Part shown: positions 1 to 13,169 of the stretch, in pieces | How the letters are laid out: the number at the start of each line of letters is the position of its first letter | Numbering within the stretch: the stretch's first letter is position 1 | From: Auanema rhodensis | Taxonomy: Eukaryota; Animalia; Nematoda | Direction of reading: 5' to 3' | DNA: 64,000 nucleotides | Assembly (NCBI GenBank): GCA_964057225.1 | Contig: OZ059897.1 | Location: 8,060,001-8,124,000 of the forward strand | Made by a program: the position numbers and the translations under genes | Notes under the pieces: generated by a model | The model's database searches: none | What the model was told of the DNA's origin: nothing | What the model saw: only the letters and a program-made list of their open reading frames with translations

Positions 1-284
1 CTTGTTTTTGCTTGAGGTTTCCCTAGTTGCTACGACAGTTAACCAAAAAAAATGGCTGTTCTATTCACTTTACTGTTCTCTTCTCATTTGTTGAGCTCAT
101 ATACTTATTATTATGCCGACAATTATAGCCTTATTTTACTCATTTTCAGATTAATACTGGCTTTATTGAACTTGTGAACCATGTGGGTATCCTGAGTTCG
201 GTCATCGTTGTCATTACTTCATCTAGCCGACATATATAGTAGCAGAAAGTGGTCGACGCAAGTTCCAAGCCATCACCAAGCATC

Positions 285-3200
285 ATGTCTTCCGTCAAAG
301 TAGCTGTTCGTGTACGTCCCTTTAATCAGAGGGAAATTGCCAATGGATCTAAGTGTGTCATTGAGATGTGTGGCACCCAAACGAGTATGTTGAATTATAT
401 TTTCAGAAAAATTTCATTTCTCTCAACTAAAAGTTTGCCAGTTTCTTTTTGATTCCGTTTTCTTCTGTAACAAAACGAAAAAGAATAAAAAGAATTAAAG
501 TGAGAAGGAGAAATCATTCAAGGGTGATTAGTTTACTACGAGTTAATTCTTTTTTTCCACCATCTAGGTTTAGAAAAGTAAATCTCACAACTAATCTCAT
601 TGATTTTTGCTGACATATTGTCTTCCAATCAAACTATGAATGTCATTAATGAAAGTGCATCAGCCTAAAACTATTTGTTCAAAAACATAAAGAGATCATC
701 GTATTTATGATTCAGCTTTTTGTGTCGGTGTTTGTATCCTTAAATGGTCGATCCAAACAGCATGCATAAATTAAGTGTGCTCAAGTATGAATCATGAACA
801 GGAAGAGCATTGAAATCAACTTGGTTTCTTTAAAATTCCACGTCAACATTACTTCATTCAGTTTTTTATATATAAAATGTAATTATAGCTTATTGTATGA
901 AAGCTTTCTCGTCTTCCTTGTCAGATATGTTCACCCTTTTTTCTGTTTTCGTGTTCTGTTCCTTTATAAGGCGAAATGCATCTATGGATGGGTCTGTGTT
1001 CGCTTCAGGCTATGCTCAAATCCACATGGAACATTTATTTAGTTTTTTTCGTGTTCATATAGAAGCAGAATACGACAAGGACGTAGCGAGCAATTCTTTT
1101 TTTTGTCGACTCTTTATAGCAGCTTACGTCATTCGTTTCGTCCATTTTGCTGACATCACATACATAATTAAAAGCAGACAAAGCACATGAAAAACAGACT
1201 CACCGAAAGGATGGAAAGAAACCGTCTTTTGATGTTTCGATCTGTTCCTCTTTTTTTTATCCGAGAGACACAATTTTAGCAGCTTCGAATTGAGCCTTTC
1301 ACTACATCTTTCTTATTAGATTAGATAATAAAATATAGGAGAGCTTGCAAAGAAATAAAAAACAAGTTTGAAGAAAAGATTAAAGAAAAAGAAGTTAGCC
1401 AATGAATTTATTCTTTCATAAAGACAATGAGAAGCATCAAAATTCTTTTTATCAATGCATTAGTAAGAATCTTATGCCACTAGCTTCATCATTCTTCTCC
1501 GTTCACAGGAATTTTAAATAAGAATTTAGCAAATTCTTACATTCCCACAGATCTGATACTTTTGCATGTTTGTTTTTGAATTAGCCGATTAAGTACATTA
1601 AGCAAAACAACGTGGTGCATGACGCGGTATGTTAATGAACTAAAGTGCATATTTGTCTGATATTTTGATTTTAACATATCGTATGACGAAGAGATGGTTG
1701 CTCTCGAAAATCTTTTCTTTCAATAATATTTTAAATAAATTCAATTTATTTATATTTTTCTTTCAGTCATCAAGGGTAATACACCGGATAAGTTTCATAA
1801 TTTCAATTTTGACCACTCTTATTGGTCAAGTGACAAGAATGATTCCCATTTTGCTACTCAAAAGCAAGTCTATGATGACTTGGGAGTGGAAATGTTGGAA
1901 CATTCTTTTGAAGGGTAAGAATTCGTTCTACTGAAATGCTTTCAAGTTTTCTTTATAGGTATAATGTATGTATATTCGCTTATGGACAAACCGGTGCAGG
2001 AAAATCTTACACAATGATGGGAAAAGTCAATGATGAGCAAGATTGTGGTATCATTCCTAGATTATGCCATGATCTTTTCTCTAGGTTCAACTAAATATTT
2101 AATTTTTACTTTACGTTTTACTTTTTATAGAATAGAGAATAGTCAAGATAGTTCAACTCAATATTCAGTTGAAGTTTCATATATGGAAATTTATTGTGAG
2201 CGTGTGAAAGATCTGCTTAATCCTGCTAAAGAAAATGCTCAAGGTTTGATATAAGCTTATCGTATTATTTAACACTTGAGTTCAGGGCTACGCGTTCGTG
2301 AGCATCCTGTTCTTGGACCTTACGTCGAAGATTTAACGAAGTTAGCTGTTAGCTCATATAATGATATTTTTAATCTAATGGAAGAAGGAAACAAAGCTAG
2401 GTATTATTTTGCGAATGTATTGTAGACTACATTGTATAAGTTAACTTTGTAGAACCGTAGCAGCAACTAACATGAATTCCACATCATCTCGTTCTCATGC
2501 TGTTTTCACAATTGTATTGACTCAGAGAAAATCGAGCCCAGATAGTGACCAGCAAACCGAGAAGGTATAGTATCAGCAATGCCTCCTACTTATTATCATT
2601 TTTGGTTAAGGTTTCGAAAATATCTCTTGTTGATTTGGCCGGTAGTGAGCGAGCTAATTCAACAGGAGCTGAAGGACAGCGTTTGAAAGAAGGAGCTAAC
2701 ATCAATAAGAGTTTGACAACTCTTGGATTGGTTATTAGCAAATTAGCCGAAGAGGTGAGCTTTATAACATGAATATGTGAAGATTCAAAAGGGAAAAGAA
2801 ATATTCATTCGATATGTTGATATTAATCCATAATTAATCTAAGCGAGTACACGGAAAATAGCTAATAAAACTTTCAGTGCGTTGCAGATGAAGTAGTAAG
2901 TTGTGGTTTATTTTGTATGATAACACTTGATTTGGGTGTGTTGAGTGATTTCCTAACACTGCTATATACATACGGTATACTGTTCATTCAGTACCGTAAT
3001 TACGTTGAGGCTGTATTGAATTTATGATTTTATAATATGTTATATAACTTGTGGATTTGAATCAAAAATGCTTCTCTCTGTTGAGCACGGCTCTATTAAC
3101 AAAATAGTCATATGGACCACGTTTTCTATCTCATTTGTGTTCTTTTCTTTAAGGCATCACGAAAAGGAGTTCAAAAGAAAACTTTGAATAAAGGAGGTCG

Positions 3201-6200
3201 AATTCCTTATCGAGATTCCGTACTAACATGGCTGTTACGTGAGAATCTCGGAGGTAATTCTAAAACTGCCATGATTGCTGCGTTGTCTCCAGCAGACATT
3301 AACTTCGATGAAACACTCAGCACATTAAGGTACATCCAGCACTATATCCTACGTGATTCATGCTATATTTGTTTCAGATACGCCGATAGGGCTAAACAAA
3401 TTGTTTGCCAAGCTATCATCAATGAAGATCCAAATCAGAAAACTATTCGTGTTCTTAAAGAAGAAGTAGCAATGCTTCGAGGAATTCTCGAAGATAAGGG
3501 AATTAACTGCGATGATATGGTTACATCTGCCGGAAAACCTAAACAAGTTTATTCGGCGAAAGATAATGAAACTTTGGATAAACTTAAAGTAATAAATACA
3601 TATTGAAAAGTCATTTTATATTATATATTTAGGCTTACGAAAAATTAATGGCAGATATGGATCGCCCATGGGAAGAACGATTACGTCAAACTGAAGAAAT
3701 TCGGAAACGATTTGAAGAAGAACTGAGAGAAATGGGATTAGCAACAGCAGAAGATGGAACAACGCTAGGTGTTTTCAGCCCAAAAAAGGTTAATACTTCA
3801 TACTTGAACATATATTAATTTTCAATATTTAGTTACCTCATTTGGTTAACTTGAACGAAGATCCGTTAATGTCAGAATGCCTACTATATTATCTGAAAGA
3901 AGGTACAACAAGGTAATTTTAATATTATGTTTATATAATATATACAATTTTATTTTCTTGCAGAGTGGGTCGACCAGAAGCAGATCGTCGGCCTGATATT
4001 CTCCTTTCTGGAGAAGCTATTCTTACACATCATTGTGATTTCATTAACGAAGATGGATGTGTAAACCTTGTTCCTAAACAGGTTGGTTAAATTCATATTT
4101 TAGTCTTGTCTTAAATCCGCGGAACGTCGTGTTCTCGTGATCAGTTTATCAATTACCGTAATCCGTATTAGTATCATTGATTGAATACATGCCAAGTAGT
4201 TGTATGTTTTTTGAAAATTATCAATCAATTTATGTTTATTTATCTTTTTTTTTATTGTTTTTTTTTTCAGAAAGGAGCTTGTTATGTAAATGGTCGCCCA
4301 ATTACAGAACCTACCGTTCTTCATACAGGCTCCCGTGTTATTTTGGGCAAGCATCACGTTTTCCGGTATAATGATCCCCAAGAAGCCAGACAAAGTAGAT
4401 ACAACTTATCATCGTTAGCTGGTATATAGTTCAAATATTGATACTCTTTGCTCATTAGTGATTTCAGATGCCCCATTGGATTGGAAATACGCCCAGCAAG
4501 AACTTTTAGAGAAGCAGGGTATAGATCTAAAACAAGAAATGGAGAAGAAACTTGTTGAAATGGAGAGCACGTACCGTAGAGAAAAGGAAGAACTAGAGTT
4601 GAAAATGTTACGGCAAACCAAAGTAAATTAATTATCTTAAATATGAAATTGTCAATAATTTAAGGAATACGAGACAAGGATCGAATCTCTGCAGCGTCAA
4701 GTTGATCTTGCTCAATCCATGATCTCTTCTTGCGGATCTAATTGGGAGGGCGAACGGTTCTTAACGAGTAGCTTAATGGAATTTGGTACATAGGCTTTGT
4801 TGCAATCGGCATAATATCATGTAATTACAGCTGAAGAATGTCCGAAATGGTCCAGTGATCAGGAAAGAATTGTACGAAAAGCTGCAATTAAATGGCGTTA
4901 TCATCAATTTACATCTGTAATTTTATTAATTAATATTTCTCCCAATTGAATGTAATATCTCTAGGTTCGGGATGATCTCTGGGGAAATGCAATTTTCGTT
5001 AAAGAAGCTAACGCTATATCTGTAGAACTGAAAAAGAAAGTTCAATTTCAATTTGTTCTTCTCACTGACACAATGTACAGGTATGAATGTTGAGGTAATG
5101 AAACGTGTACAGAAATATTACTTTTAAGTCCTCTTCCCCCTGATCTATTACCTCCTGGTGAAGATCTAACACTTCGGCCATATCCAAAAACTGTGGTTGC
5201 TATCCAAGTTCAAGATCTGAAAAATGGAGCTACTCATTATTGGAGCATCGAGAAGTTGAAGTCAGTTTACATTTTCCAGTTTTCATTATAATGTATGCAA
5301 TACCTTACAATACACATGGGAGAGATCAAATAATTTGAAGGCATTCCATTCCCACTTTTCACTTGTCCCATCCACCAACGTAATATTTGCACCTGCACTT
5401 GTATTATAATATAGTTACATCTTCGATGGAAATGCAACAATGAACCAGAGATAGTGACAACGACTTAACCTTCTATCCTATTTCGTTTTGCATCTTTTAA
5501 CCTAGTGATGTCCTTCACTTCCACGCACTTTGTATTACGTAGATTCGGTTAATATTTCACACAATTGTCTTGTTTTTGGTTCTGCCAGCAAAGCTTAGAT
5601 TTCCTCTTCCTCGATTCTGTGGGTTAGCAAAGCCTATCGAGATCAGAAAATTAGAAAAGTTCACGGATTAGGGCATCTATGATTGACCGGTATGATCTAT
5701 AGATGCCGCTATGTTCAATCATTTTCAAATGTATTGTTCTCAGTATTGATGTGAATGGATTTTCTCTCAGCAACTGACTGGAACATCATACTGAATTCCC
5801 GGAAAAGCAGCGAATTAACTAAGTGCTTGCGGCATTGTGTGTGCTTTGAATAATTATATTCACTTATTACGTGCTTCCTGGCTTGAAACATCTATCTAGA
5901 GTTTTTATTTCATATTTTTCTCATCAATATGATATTATCCCTTTTTAGTAAGTATTCATTTGGCTATACCATATTTCACGAAAGTTTTTATTTTGATACA
6001 ATGAGTAGCATTATGGACACAACTTTATTTTTAAAATTTCCCTCTTTGTCTTTTCACATTTCTCCAGGATTACGGTAATTGCTGTGGGGAATTTTGATAT
6101 CTTACATGCATATGTAAATACGTTGATTCTTCTAATATGATTATTTCCTGAAGATTGTGCTTCTTCTACTCATATAGAAGAAATGTTATGTCCTATATTA

Positions 6201-9200
6201 GATTAGGAAAAGGTTTCAAAACTCATCAGTATCCTATCTCTCGGCTTTAGGCAGCGCTTAGAAGATATGCGTAGTGCGTACAATGCTGAACTATCCGTGG
6301 TCGGCACACCAGCAGAAGCTCCATACACATCAGTAGCCGACGGATGGCTGGCTGCTCTACAACTCAATCCAGCACGCCTTGTTCCAGACAGGTATTGGTT
6401 GTCCACCCTATCTCCCTCTTCTTTTGCTCTGTACTTAGCTTCTTTCTTTCAAACCTCTTCTTTCATAACTATTTGTTCTATCTCTAGTCATTTTCTTGTA
6501 GTCCTGTCAATTCGTCTTCTGTTACATCTTAGTTGACTGTCTTTCATACTTTTTATACAATGCTAATCAAGCACACAAACAAAATCTGCCCACCTTAGTC
6601 TGCAAAGCATTTTGCTTGTACTGGATTATATGTTGTCTATGCCTTAATGTTTCAGTTAGTCTTCTTGCTGTGATGAAGTCGTATTTGTCTTAGTTGTGTG
6701 GCTTGCTTAAAACCTTTTCAAACTTTCTCTTTATGTTAAGATTCTCTACTCGGATAGTCTTTGTCAAGGATCAAACTTATAATTGTTTACCTTTTTTGAT
6801 TATTTTTTAACTTTTGGTCATGTTGAATTGAATGCCTTCTGGAATTTAATGAAGAGCTATTAAGTGTTTAATAATCACAATTAAAACAAAAACAAATTGG
6901 CATGATCTTTTTGGCTGTTCTCAGAGTGTGTGTCTTAAAAAATGAGAAAAAAAGCTTCGTATTTAATGCTTCTTACCTTTAAAAACAATTTGTTCACTTT
7001 TACGTGGTGTCCTCTAGTCCATTTGAGGACCTGTTTTGTGTTAACCATCCTATCATCTCAAATATCAGTACCAATTTTATTTTGCACCTCTAATTATAGA
7101 CAAAGATTGGAATCGATGCGAGATATGTATGAAGCTGATGCTCAGTTATCACCTATCGATGATCCCATGATGGAGGCTCTGATGGGAACCGATCCTTTCT
7201 ATGACCGATTCCCATGGTTCCGAATGATAGGACGGTAGGGATCAAAGTATGAAATGATCAGGATTTTTATTTATTTCAGTGCCTTTGTTTATTTGTCTAA
7301 TCTTCTTCATAACGTTCCCTTAATCCATAAAGTCGCAGTTGTAAATGAGAAAGGAGAAGTCAAGGGATACCTTAAAGTATCTATTGAACCAATTCAAAAA
7401 GGTATGGTTTCTGAAGTTCTGAATACAAAACAGACCGGTTGCATTCTTGAAGTTGCCTTTTTAATTTAGGAGAAATTGATACACAGAAGAAAGGTACAAG
7501 GCAAACAGCAAAGCTTCACTTCCGTAAAGAGGATTTTATTAGAGCTACTAGAGGTGATACTTCAGGTTTGTGCTATCTTTATAAGACTGGATATGGACAC
7601 ATTAGTATGAAAATTGTTTTATTTACAGATGGGGCTGAAAACTTAAAGTTCCCTCCACATATGAAAGAAGAGGAAGAATTCTGTTTCCGTGTTGTTGTTC
7701 TTCAAGCGATTGATGTAGCTCCTGAATATTCGGATGTGTTTTGCCAATTCAAGTGAGATTTCTTTTCTTTTTTTCTTGTTTGATTTGCTTTTACCTTTAT
7801 TTTTAGTTTTCTACATCGTCATGACGAGGCATTCTCTACGGAGCCAATGAAGAACATGACCAAGCAACAGCTTAGCTTTAATCATACTCAAAATTTACAT
7901 ATCAAAATGAGTAAAACATTCCTTCACTACATTCATCACTTCCCCATCATTTTCGAGGTTGTTATCCTGTTTATTGTACCATATAAGAAATTTTTTTATT
8001 AGATTTTCGGTCATTTTCAATCCAAGCCTGAGGGTTTTACTTTTGAACGCCAGAATAGTGCCGTAAGGTATGATATTGTCATACAGATAATATGCTTTGA
8101 ATATGCTCTTTCAGCCGTCGATTATCCACCAAATTAACATTCCAACAGCCATCGCTTGTTATATCAACACCAGTTAAAAGCAAAAAAGCTAATGCTCCCA
8201 TTTTAAGCAAGTATGTTAAAAAGTTGAAAATTTTATATAGCATGCTCATTAATTGCAGTTCCTCCCAAGTGCGATCAAAAGTGGATGTTCTTGTTTGGTT
8301 TGAAATATGTGAATTAGGAAATAATGGAGATTATGTACCAACAATAGTGGATCATGCACAAGGACTACCAACTCATGGAATATTTTTACTTCATCAAGGT
8401 ATTCAACGACGAATTAAAATCACAATCTGTCATGAGAAGGTTAGCGTACGTTTGAGCTGTGTTGAACATGTATACATTATTTTTTTTAAGGGGGAGATCA
8501 AATGGAAAGACTGCCAGGAACTGGTTGTTGGTCGGATACGTCCTGGTCCAGAATGGAATGGAGCTGAGGATGTTGATGTTTTATCTCTTGGCTTATTCCC
8601 TGGAACATACTTGGAATTTGCTCATGATGACAGGTAAAATATAGTTACAACTTAGTTTTATTCACATTTGTACTATATTATTTATCTGAATACTCTTTCA
8701 GAACATTCTTCCAATTTGAAGCTGCCTGGGATAGTAGTTTGCATAACTCCCCTCTATTAAATAGGGTGTCTAATTACGGTGATCAGGTAATCTTTTCCAT
8801 TAAACATTCCTTCATTTTGTTTTTGAAGATTTATATGACTTTGTCTGCATATATGGAAATAGAAGGAAGTTCTCAACCAGCTGTAATTACAAAAGATATA
8901 TGCATTCTAATGTATGCCCGTGATTCAAAAATATCAGCTGCCAGCAGGTTGAGCTTAACTATTAATCTGTGTTTTATTGTACCTTATTAAGATTCTGTCG
9001 TTCTTTAATCGGTGGAATTTCAAAGTCACCCGAAATGAACAGAGTTCCAGGAGTTTATCAAATTTGCTTGAAAGATGCTACAGATACGAGTAGTCCTGGA
9101 TCGATCAGAAGGCAGCGTCGTGTTCTCGATACATCTTCTGCTTACGTACGAGGAGAAGAGAATTTAGGACAATGGAGGCCTCGAGGTGACTCATTGATTT

Positions 9201-10299
9201 TTGAGCATCAATGGGAACTAGAAAAACTGACTCGTTTACAACAAGTGGAAAGAGTTCGATTATTCTTACGATTACGTGACCGGCTCAAAGGTAAAAAGAG
9301 CTCAAGTGATATTCGAACTCCTGTATCTCCTTGCGAACCAAAAACATCTATTCCTTCAGTAATTAAGCTGAATGAACAAGAGAAGAGTAAGTGGCAATAA
9401 TACGTTCCATGAGCAAATTTTGTGGTTTTTCAGATGTAGTAAGTAGAGTTTTGCATCTTATCAAGCAACGAATTCCTATGAACAAGGATCCTCCTACTGG
9501 AAATAAAGCACAAGATCTGAGTGATGAAAGTGGTTCTAATAGCATTACGTCTCCAACTTCCGACAAGTATGTTTATTATTATTAGAAAGTAAATTATGAA
9601 TTCTAGATCACTAATCAAATCTTCCACTTCCTTTGATCAGTTGAATAGACAGAAATCTAAATCTGACCAGAATTTGCACAGCAATGATGAGATTATCGAT
9701 TCAATCGCAATGAAGAGAAGCCTTAGTGGTAGTAGGCTGAATCAGTTGCAACTGATTGTTCCGGAGGTAAAATAATATGTACCGATATTTGTTTAATGTT
9801 TATGTTTAGGTTACTGAGGAACGAGTCGGAGTTGTTGTGTCAAAGAAGGGTTACATGAATTTCCTTGAAGAAAAGACTCAAGGATGGGTGAGACGTTGGG
9901 TTGTTGTTCGTAGACCATACATCTTACTCTTCCGAGATGACAAAGATCTTGTAAGTATTGTTCTTCATTTTCTTTGATCTATTTCATTTTTGAGTTAATT
10001 TTTTAATTTTTAGGTTATTCGAGGAATTATCAACCTTGCCAATGCACGGGTAGAATACTCTGAAGATCAACAAGCAATGCTTAAAGTACCAAATACATTT
10101 TCTGTTTGTACCAACCATCGAGGTTTCCTCATGCAGATAATGCCCGGGGATGAGGTTTGTATAGAGAGATTTTCTTTAATATTTTACAATTCAGATGTAC
10201 GATTGGCTCTATGCCATCAATCCTTTATTAGCCGGGCAAATGAAAATCAAATCTGTTCATACTAACGGCTCAGCCACACTGGTAACATCTCCCAAGTAA
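285..10299 (+). CDS. unc-104: Kinesin-3 motor UNC-104/KIF1A (motor, FHA, stalk, C-terminal PH domain); about 36 coding exons by hand
   Basis: Starts [18 protein letters not shown]-loop [15 protein letters not shown] (~1978-2022), [77 protein letters not shown], and PH domain [27 protein letters not shown]. Stop TAA at 10297-10299. Confidence 0.97.
6251..6391 (+). other. Frame-preserving 141-nt cassette exon of unc-104 ([20 protein letters not shown]...PARLVPDR)
   Basis: Acceptor TTTAG at 6250, donor G|GTATTG at 6392, length divisible by 3. It is flanked by unusually long introns (about 1 kb and 0.7 kb), and the next exon also begins QRLE. Confidence 0.8.
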
Positions 10300-10725
10300 G
10301 ACTGTCAGTTTCTGTATTTTCTTGCGCTTTAGGTAGACTAAATAGTTGCCAAATATTTATTAAGACGAACTCACTTTTTCGAGTTTTTAACCCCCTTAAG
10401 GTTGTGCACTGCTTCAACTAGTGAGTTATATTCTCCTCTATCTCACTACGCGTATTAGATAGCAATTCCTATTTTGACCCCTGTGAATGATAATTTATTT
10501 CTTTTCCTTGCGAATTTTGTGAACGGTTTCATTTAACTGATCTCCCTTCATGTATTTAGAGAATAGATGCATTTTGCTGCGTTTTCATATCTATAAATAT
10601 TTAACCCTTTATTAGTATTAAGTATAAGACGCATAATAAACATAAGACATAGGTATAAAATGACCAAAGTATAAAAATAATAAGTCAAATTAGAATGTAA
10701 TAATAGATAAAAATGATTGCGAATA

Positions 10726-12596
10726 TTAGGGTTGGACTTCATTAAATCTGCCAAATATTGTTATAACTAGAGTAATTTCTTTATCATAACCGCGAATTAT
10801 AGCTTCAAAAGCACGATCATTATTAAGTTTGTTTATAACTACATTATGATAACCGTACAATATAAATTCAGTGCGTATTAATGATGGTAATTCTTCTGTT
10901 ATTTGTACTGGTTCAACTTGTTGGTTCTGAGAAAAATAAACTAAACATCTTAAAAAAATGATAAAATTTAAGCTCACATCTTGGAATGCCGGCTCAGGCT
11001 TTTGTATATACAGATGAAGTGATGCTTTCCTACTTCCGAACTCTTTGTTAAATACAGGTCGGAATGAAAGTATTTTTTCTTTGAACACCTTAAAGCCATA
11101 TAGCTTGTTGAAGTCAGATAAGTGGGCTTACTTCATAATTTTCAATTCCTGAGTACTCGATAGTTATGCACTCCGAACAGGTGAACCAGTTATTTAGTTT
11201 TGTCATATTATCAATAAAGTTTTCATGGGTTAGCAGTTTAGTCACTGGGTTGAAAAACAGTGATTCAAGTGAAATTCTGAAATAAATAAGCATCGAATGT
11301 AATAAAGAAATTCTTACTTTTCAGTAGCAGGTGCCCATAACACTAAAGGCCCACGGGCGATGCAGCCAACCTCAGTGGCAAATGCAAAGTCCCAGCCATA
11401 GTCTTCATCATACGATGGAACTAATTTTAGCCGTTTGACTCTTAAAATATCAAATATTCATATGTTAACCAAAGAAAATATTTTTTAAGAAGAGAATGTC
11501 GTACTGCATTAAACGAATAAGATCCCTAGCAAAGTTGAAGGGTATATGGCAGGTATTAGCGTCTAACAAAATTAGCGTATCTACTCGTCCAATATCAACA
11601 AGAAGTTCCTGAAGAAGAAAAAATTAGTTTAAAAATTTCTGAATAAAATTGCAACCGGTCACAATCAAAGAAAAAGAGAAATAAAAACCACACACGTGGT
11701 CAAAATTAGCATAACACTTACAGGTAGTACATCTATTTCTGCAACTCTTTGTTGTAATCTGGCTTCCATTGCTGACTTGCAAGATTGAACACCACATTGC
11801 ATGCTCCTGATGTTATATTAAGGAGAAAATTGTTATATATGTACTTACCTAATGTATATCGATACTTCCTGCATTTGAAATCCTTTAAATGAGTAGAAAG
11901 ATGGACCTGTCATATATTCTACTGCTTCCTGAAAATTCAAATACGAAAATAATTAAAAATTACAATTTTTACCAAATTTGGTTTCATCAGCGGACATGTT
12001 CCTTCGCAATTGCATCTTGGATACATTATTAGATGCTGGACTTCTGAATTAAATAATGAATAGAAACATGAGAACAATAAATAACATACTGGTGAATCCG
12101 CTTAAGAGTTCTAGAATACGAGGCTCAACGCATACCGGAGGAAAGTTTGAGAGATCTATTTCTCGAACAGGTACTGAAAAAGAAAGTAGCAGCTCAAGAA
12201 TTTTCAGAAAACCATCTATAGTTAACGAATAAAGCGAGTAGTTTCTATTGCCATTCTGAAAAATTGAAATGTATTTAAAAATTAAATCCATATAAAAGAA
12301 TGAGAGATTAAAAAATTACTTTATCATATCCAGATAATACGTAGAAAGTTTCTGTATCGTCAAGAATTACTGAGTACGTTTTTCTACAGAAATATTGCTC
12401 ACCAGCTCTTGCGAAAGCTCGATTAACCAACTAAGAATGGAACTGTATTACAAATAATTTGAATTTTCCAAACCATGAGTTTCAGATAATCTTGATCATT
12501 CCTATCATCCGATAAGGTTTGAGCTGCCTCAAATATATAATAGAGTACATCATCGTCCAGGCAGTCCTTGTCTTCATAATCCGCTTCTGAATTCAT
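10726..12596 (-). CDS. F-box-containing protein, multi-exon, nematode-type C-terminal region
   Basis: Spliced N-terminus MNSEADYEDKDCLDDDVLYYIFEAAQTLSDDRNDQDYLKLM|LVNRAFARA fits the F-box pattern L.D.vL..IF..L...d...l.LVnr.F. Many short GT-AG introns follow; the last exon ends GRFNEVQP* at 10726. Confidence 0.65.
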
Positions 12597-13169
12597 TAAT
12601 TGAGGATGGGCGGAAGCCTCAGAATATCACTAGTGATCTTATAAATTCATTATTATGTTATGATGATTGTTCTTTGCATCCCGCCTAACTGTAGATAGTT
12701 TTTGCATACAAAAACAACTGTCACTTAATTGTCAGCAAACAAAATCATGAGCATATCGGTCAATAACTACCAAAGTATAAGAAAGTATACCATATAAAGG
12801 CTACTTTTTAGTTATCTGCCTTCAGAAAATCATAAAAATATCACTTCTATAATGAATTTTGTACTTTCCGCCAATCAATTAAACGTCAATCTTCATCTAC
12901 TATCCCGCTCATGTGGTGAGCGAAACATTTGATCGGTCATGCGCCCGATTGTGAATGAGAACTGCCCCATTGCGAATTTTTGCCATTATAATTCATCGAG
13001 CTGGAACTGAAGTGAAACAATGCTTAAAGCTTAAAATTTCCAATAAATCCTTAAATCAATATATGTTTTGAAAGATCTAATGAAAATTATTCTAAATATT
13101 CTATACTTTCTATAAATATAGTAGTTATTGTTCAATGTTAAAATGCTGAAAATGTTTTAGAATTTTTCT

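Noticed and set aside
18-44. X-box-like GTTTCCCTAGTTGCTACGAC upstream of unc-104
   Set aside because: Does not fit the GTHNYYATRRNAAC consensus well enough to call.
794-1190. Two overlapping ORFs of 82 and 97 aa in unc-104 intron 1
   Set aside because: Low-complexity Phe/Ser-rich translations with no splice signals joining them to the kinesin frame.
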